A stretch of DNA of 64,000 nt, from contig CAVTRY010000017.1 of NCBI GenBank assembly GCA_963737265.1, forward strand, positions 48,279 to 112,278, given 5' to 3'. Position numbers and translations under genes: made by a program. Of this stretch, positions 61,495 through 64,000 are shown in pieces (within the stretch, counting starts at the first letter, position 1; every line of letters starts with the position of its first letter). This DNA is from an uncultured delta proteobacterium. GTDB lineage: Bacteria; Myxococcota_A; Polyangia; Fen-1088. The notes under the pieces are model-generated. The model searched no databases and was not told the origin of the DNA. It was given only the letters and a program-made list of their open reading frames with translations.

Positions 61495-62865
61495 CAGGGT
61501 CATCGCATCTAAATCCCGAACGATCTTCGTGGTATAGCCGGCGCACCAGAGAGGAACGTTTTTTGATTGAAGGGCGATATCGTGGCTTGTTCGTAAGTCA
61601 TGAAGCGAACAACCGTGGCGGAAGCGCACCAGAGAGGAACGTTTTTTGATTGAAGGGCGATATCGTGGCTTGTTCGTAAGTCATGAAGCGAACAACCGTG
61701 GCGGAACGAGAAAAGGAAGAGCTGGCGGCATCGATCCTGGAGTACTTCGCGTCGGTGCCGGATCCGCGGGTGGAGCGGACGCGGCACCACGCGCTGACGG
61801 ACATCCTGATGCTATCGTTGTGTGCCGTGGTCTGTGGTGCTGACTCCTTCTGTGCTATCGAGACCTATGGGCGGGCAAGAGAAGCCTGGTTACGAACGTT
61901 TATCGGTCTGCGCGGCGGGATTCCCACACACGACACCATCGGGAGGGTGTTTGCAGCCCTGAATCCAGATGCCCTGGCTGAGAGGTTCCGGCAGTGGATC
62001 TTGAGCGTGGCGCGACTCACGAAAGGCGAGGTCGTGGCCATCGACGGCAAGACGCTGCGACGATCCTTCCAAGAGGCCGGCAGCCACGCTTTCGTCCACA
62101 TGGTTAGTGCCTGGGCCACCAACAACCACGTGGTTCTTGGGCAGGTCAAGACAGAGGAGAAATCCAACGAGATCACTGCCATTCCGCGGTTGCTCAAGCT
62201 CCTGAAGATCAAGGGCTGTCTAGTAACTATCGATGCGATGGGCTGCCAGAAGCAGATCACCGCAGATATCCAGGACGCCGACGCGGATTACCTGCTCGCG
62301 GTGAAGGAGAACCAACCCACGCTCAGCGCTGAAGTGACGACAATCTTCGCGCATTGTCGTCGCGACCCGACGGGATTGGACGTGGATTTTCACGAGACAC
62401 GCGATGTTGGGCACGGACGAACCGAGGTTCGCCGGTGCTGGACCACAAACATGGTCGAGAGCATCTCCCAGTACCAGGAATGGACGGGTCTGAGCAGCTT
62501 GGTATTGATCGAGTCCGAGCGCACGGTCTCGGGGCACACTTCAACCGAGTGCCGCTACTACATCAGTTCGCGAAAGAACCTCCCAGCAGATGCCGCTCTC
62601 GACGCCGCTCGGAAGCACTGGGGAATCGAAAATGAATTGCACTGGGTTCTCGACGTCACTTTCCGTGAGGACGAATGCCGTGTTCGCGCCGGCAACGCCG
62701 CCCAGAACTTTGCAGTGATGCGCCACATCTCACTCAACCTCCTCAAATCAGTCAAAGACTGCAAGCTCAGCATCAGGCTTCGCCGAATGCGCGCGGCATG
62801 GGATCAGGACTTCATTCTGCAAGTCCTCATGGCCCAACCCGATGTGGGATGATGCGATGACCCTG
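61495..62865 (+). mobile_element. ISAs1-family element copy 2 with 83-bp internal tandem duplication
   Basis: Same TIRs; TSD GGGTGTCGAA (61485-61494, 62866-62875); duplication 61541-61623 / 61624-61706. Confidence 0.95.
61683..62852 (+). CDS. ISAs1 transposase
   Basis: 389 aa, one substitution (DCR vs DCK) relative to copy 1. Confidence 0.95.
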   Translation: MKRTTVAEREKEELAASILEYFASVPDPRVERTRHHALTDILMLSLCAVVCGADSFCAIETYGRAREAWLRTFIGLRGGIPTHDTIGRVFAALNPDALAERFRQWILSVARLTKGEVVAIDGKTLRRSFQEAGSHAFVHMVSAWATNNHVVLGQVKTEEKSNEITAIPRLLKLLKIKGCLVTIDAMGCQKQITADIQDADADYLLAVKENQPTLSAEVTTIFAHCRRDPTGLDVDFHETRDVGHGRTEVRRCWTTNMVESISQYQEWTGLSSLVLIESERTVSGHTSTECRYYISSRKNLPADAALDAARKHWGIENELHWVLDVTFREDECRVRAGNAAQNFAVMRHISLNLLKSVKDCKLSIRLRRMRAAWDQDFILQVLMAQPDVG

Positions 62866-63997
62866 GGGTGTCGAAGAGCTTGCTGCTATCAAAGGTGCCA
62901 CCGCGACCGACGTGGTACAGCCCCTTGGCCAGCTTGCGCATCAGCGCGACGGCAGCTCGCGAGGCTCGGCCGCCGTCTCGTTGCTTTTTGCGCTGGTACC
63001 AGGCGTTGGCGATGGGATCATCCTGAATCCAGCGGAAGATGGCGAGCCAGAGTAGCTGGCGTACGCGGGATGGACCACGCTTGGTGATCTTGATCTGACC
63101 GTGCATGGTACCGCTGCTTTTCTCCTTGAGGTTGAGGCCCATGGCTTTGAGGAAAGCGCGTGTACACGAGTACGATCGTGCATCACCGACCTCGGCGAAG
63201 ATGGCGGCAGCGGTGGTGCGGCCGACGACGGGGGCAAGCGCGGCGGCGGGCGTGGTGGCGGCGAGTTTTTCGACTTTCGTCTTGGCCGTGCTGAAGGCCC
63301 GGTGGGCGTCATAGGCCTCTTCGGCGATTACCATCAAAGCGTCGCGTTCAAGCCCGACCATCGGGACGCCGACGGAGGTGCTGGCCGAGGCGACAACGGC
63401 AGCAACGTCGTCGTCGGCAATCAGCCTGTGACTGATACCACGAAGGAGCTTCGTCGCCTTGTCCGGGGCAGCGGCGACATCGGCAGGACCGCCGATACGC
63501 GCGACCAGCGCCATAAGCGATGCCGAGGTCAAATCAAGCAGGCTGGGCAACTCGGGCCAGTGGCGAGCGAGCCAGCTTTCCAAGCGATGCACGAGCTGCA
63601 GGTAGCGCTCCTGGTGCAGATCCATGATGGCCAGTGCTGCCTTGAGCTGCCGACGTTCTGGGACTTCGTCAGGCAGGCGGGTGGAAAGGCCGTCGGCGTG
63701 CAGCCTGGCGATGATGGCGGCAGCCTTGGCGTCGTGAAGACTGGGCACGCCGTCGAAGATTTCCTTCGCATCGTGGGTGCGCTTGCCGCTGACCATGAAG
63801 ATCGGAAAGCGGTCCTGTTCGAGCTGGTGGCGAAGCACATCGCCGTAGGTTCCGGAAGGCTCCATGACGGCTTCGACGATGATGCCGGCGGTGCGGTAGC
63901 CGCGCAGGATGGAGAGCACCGTGGGGTTCTGCTCTGGGGCCTTCCAAGAGATGGTGTGCAGCACACGCCCGTCGGCGCCAGCGAACGCTGCAACCAT
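62804..63997 (-). CDS. IS110 recombinase copy 3, partial; last residues replaced by ISAs1-derived tail
   Basis: Matches copy 1 up to SKLFDT, then reads into the ISAs1 end. Confidence 0.8.
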   Translation of the reverse strand: MVAAFAGADGRVLHTISWKAPEQNPTVLSILRGYRTAGIIVEAVMEPSGTYGDVLRHQLEQDRFPIFMVSGKRTHDAKEIFDGVPSLHDAKAAAIIARLHADGLSTRLPDEVPERRQLKAALAIMDLHQERYLQLVHRLESWLARHWPELPSLLDLTSASLMALVARIGGPADVAAAPDKATKLLRGISHRLIADDDVAAVVASASTSVGVPMVGLERDALMVIAEEAYDAHRAFSTAKTKVEKLAATTPAAALAPVVGRTTAAAIFAEVGDARSYSCTRAFLKAMGLNLKEKSSGTMHGQIKITKRGPSRVRQLLWLAIFRWIQDDPIANAWYQRKKQRDGGRASRAAVALMRKLAKGLYHVGRGGTFDSSKLFDTPGSSHHPTSGWAMRTCRMKS

Positions 63998-64000
63998 TGA

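Larger units (their letters stand above)
60945..64000 (-). mobile_element. IS110-family element copy 3 (runs off the window), interrupted by ISAs1
   Basis: Same end and non-coding region (60947-61461); original stop at 61462; recombinase continues from 62876 to the window end. Confidence 0.9.

Noticed and set aside
63996-64000. Divergence of IS110 copy 3 in the last 3 bases (CATTGA vs CATGTC)
   Set aside because: Too short to tell a new insertion from an edge error

Overview
High-GC bacterial DNA, most likely Myxococcota (TIGR02266/PilZ protein, AgmX/PglI-type domain, Cys-rich lipoprotein, large TPR proteins). Bases 1-45169 are mostly housekeeping: argJ (partial), gcvTHP, murJ, rex, tatD, an FHA-GGDEF protein, an ECF sigma factor, two DUF3857/transglutaminase-like genes, a SNF2 helicase, trpEGDCF, a stand-alone rplC and rlmE. 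This part also holds one IS21 and a tandem pair of ~580-bp mini-elements, each carrying a GxxExxY gene, bounded by 23-bp inverted repeats and flanked by a 9-bp target duplication. From 45240 to the end lies a chromosomal integron whose cassette array is downstream of, and co-oriented with, intI. It has two related ORF-less cassettes, a nuclease-like cassette, a type II R-M cassette, and an AIPR cassette split by ISL3 with ISAs1 nested inside. Four of five attC sites are occupied: three by an IS110/IS1111-type element and one by a group IIC intron on the top strand. The main finding is in the ~515-bp non-coding end of the IS110 element. It appears to encode a bridge-RNA-like molecule with TWO tandem target-binding loops carrying different attC guides (GTTGCAGCG/CAGACGG and GTTGAAGCT/CAGACAG) and one donor-binding loop matching the element's own circle junction. 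All assignments were made by eye from motifs; no database searches were run.
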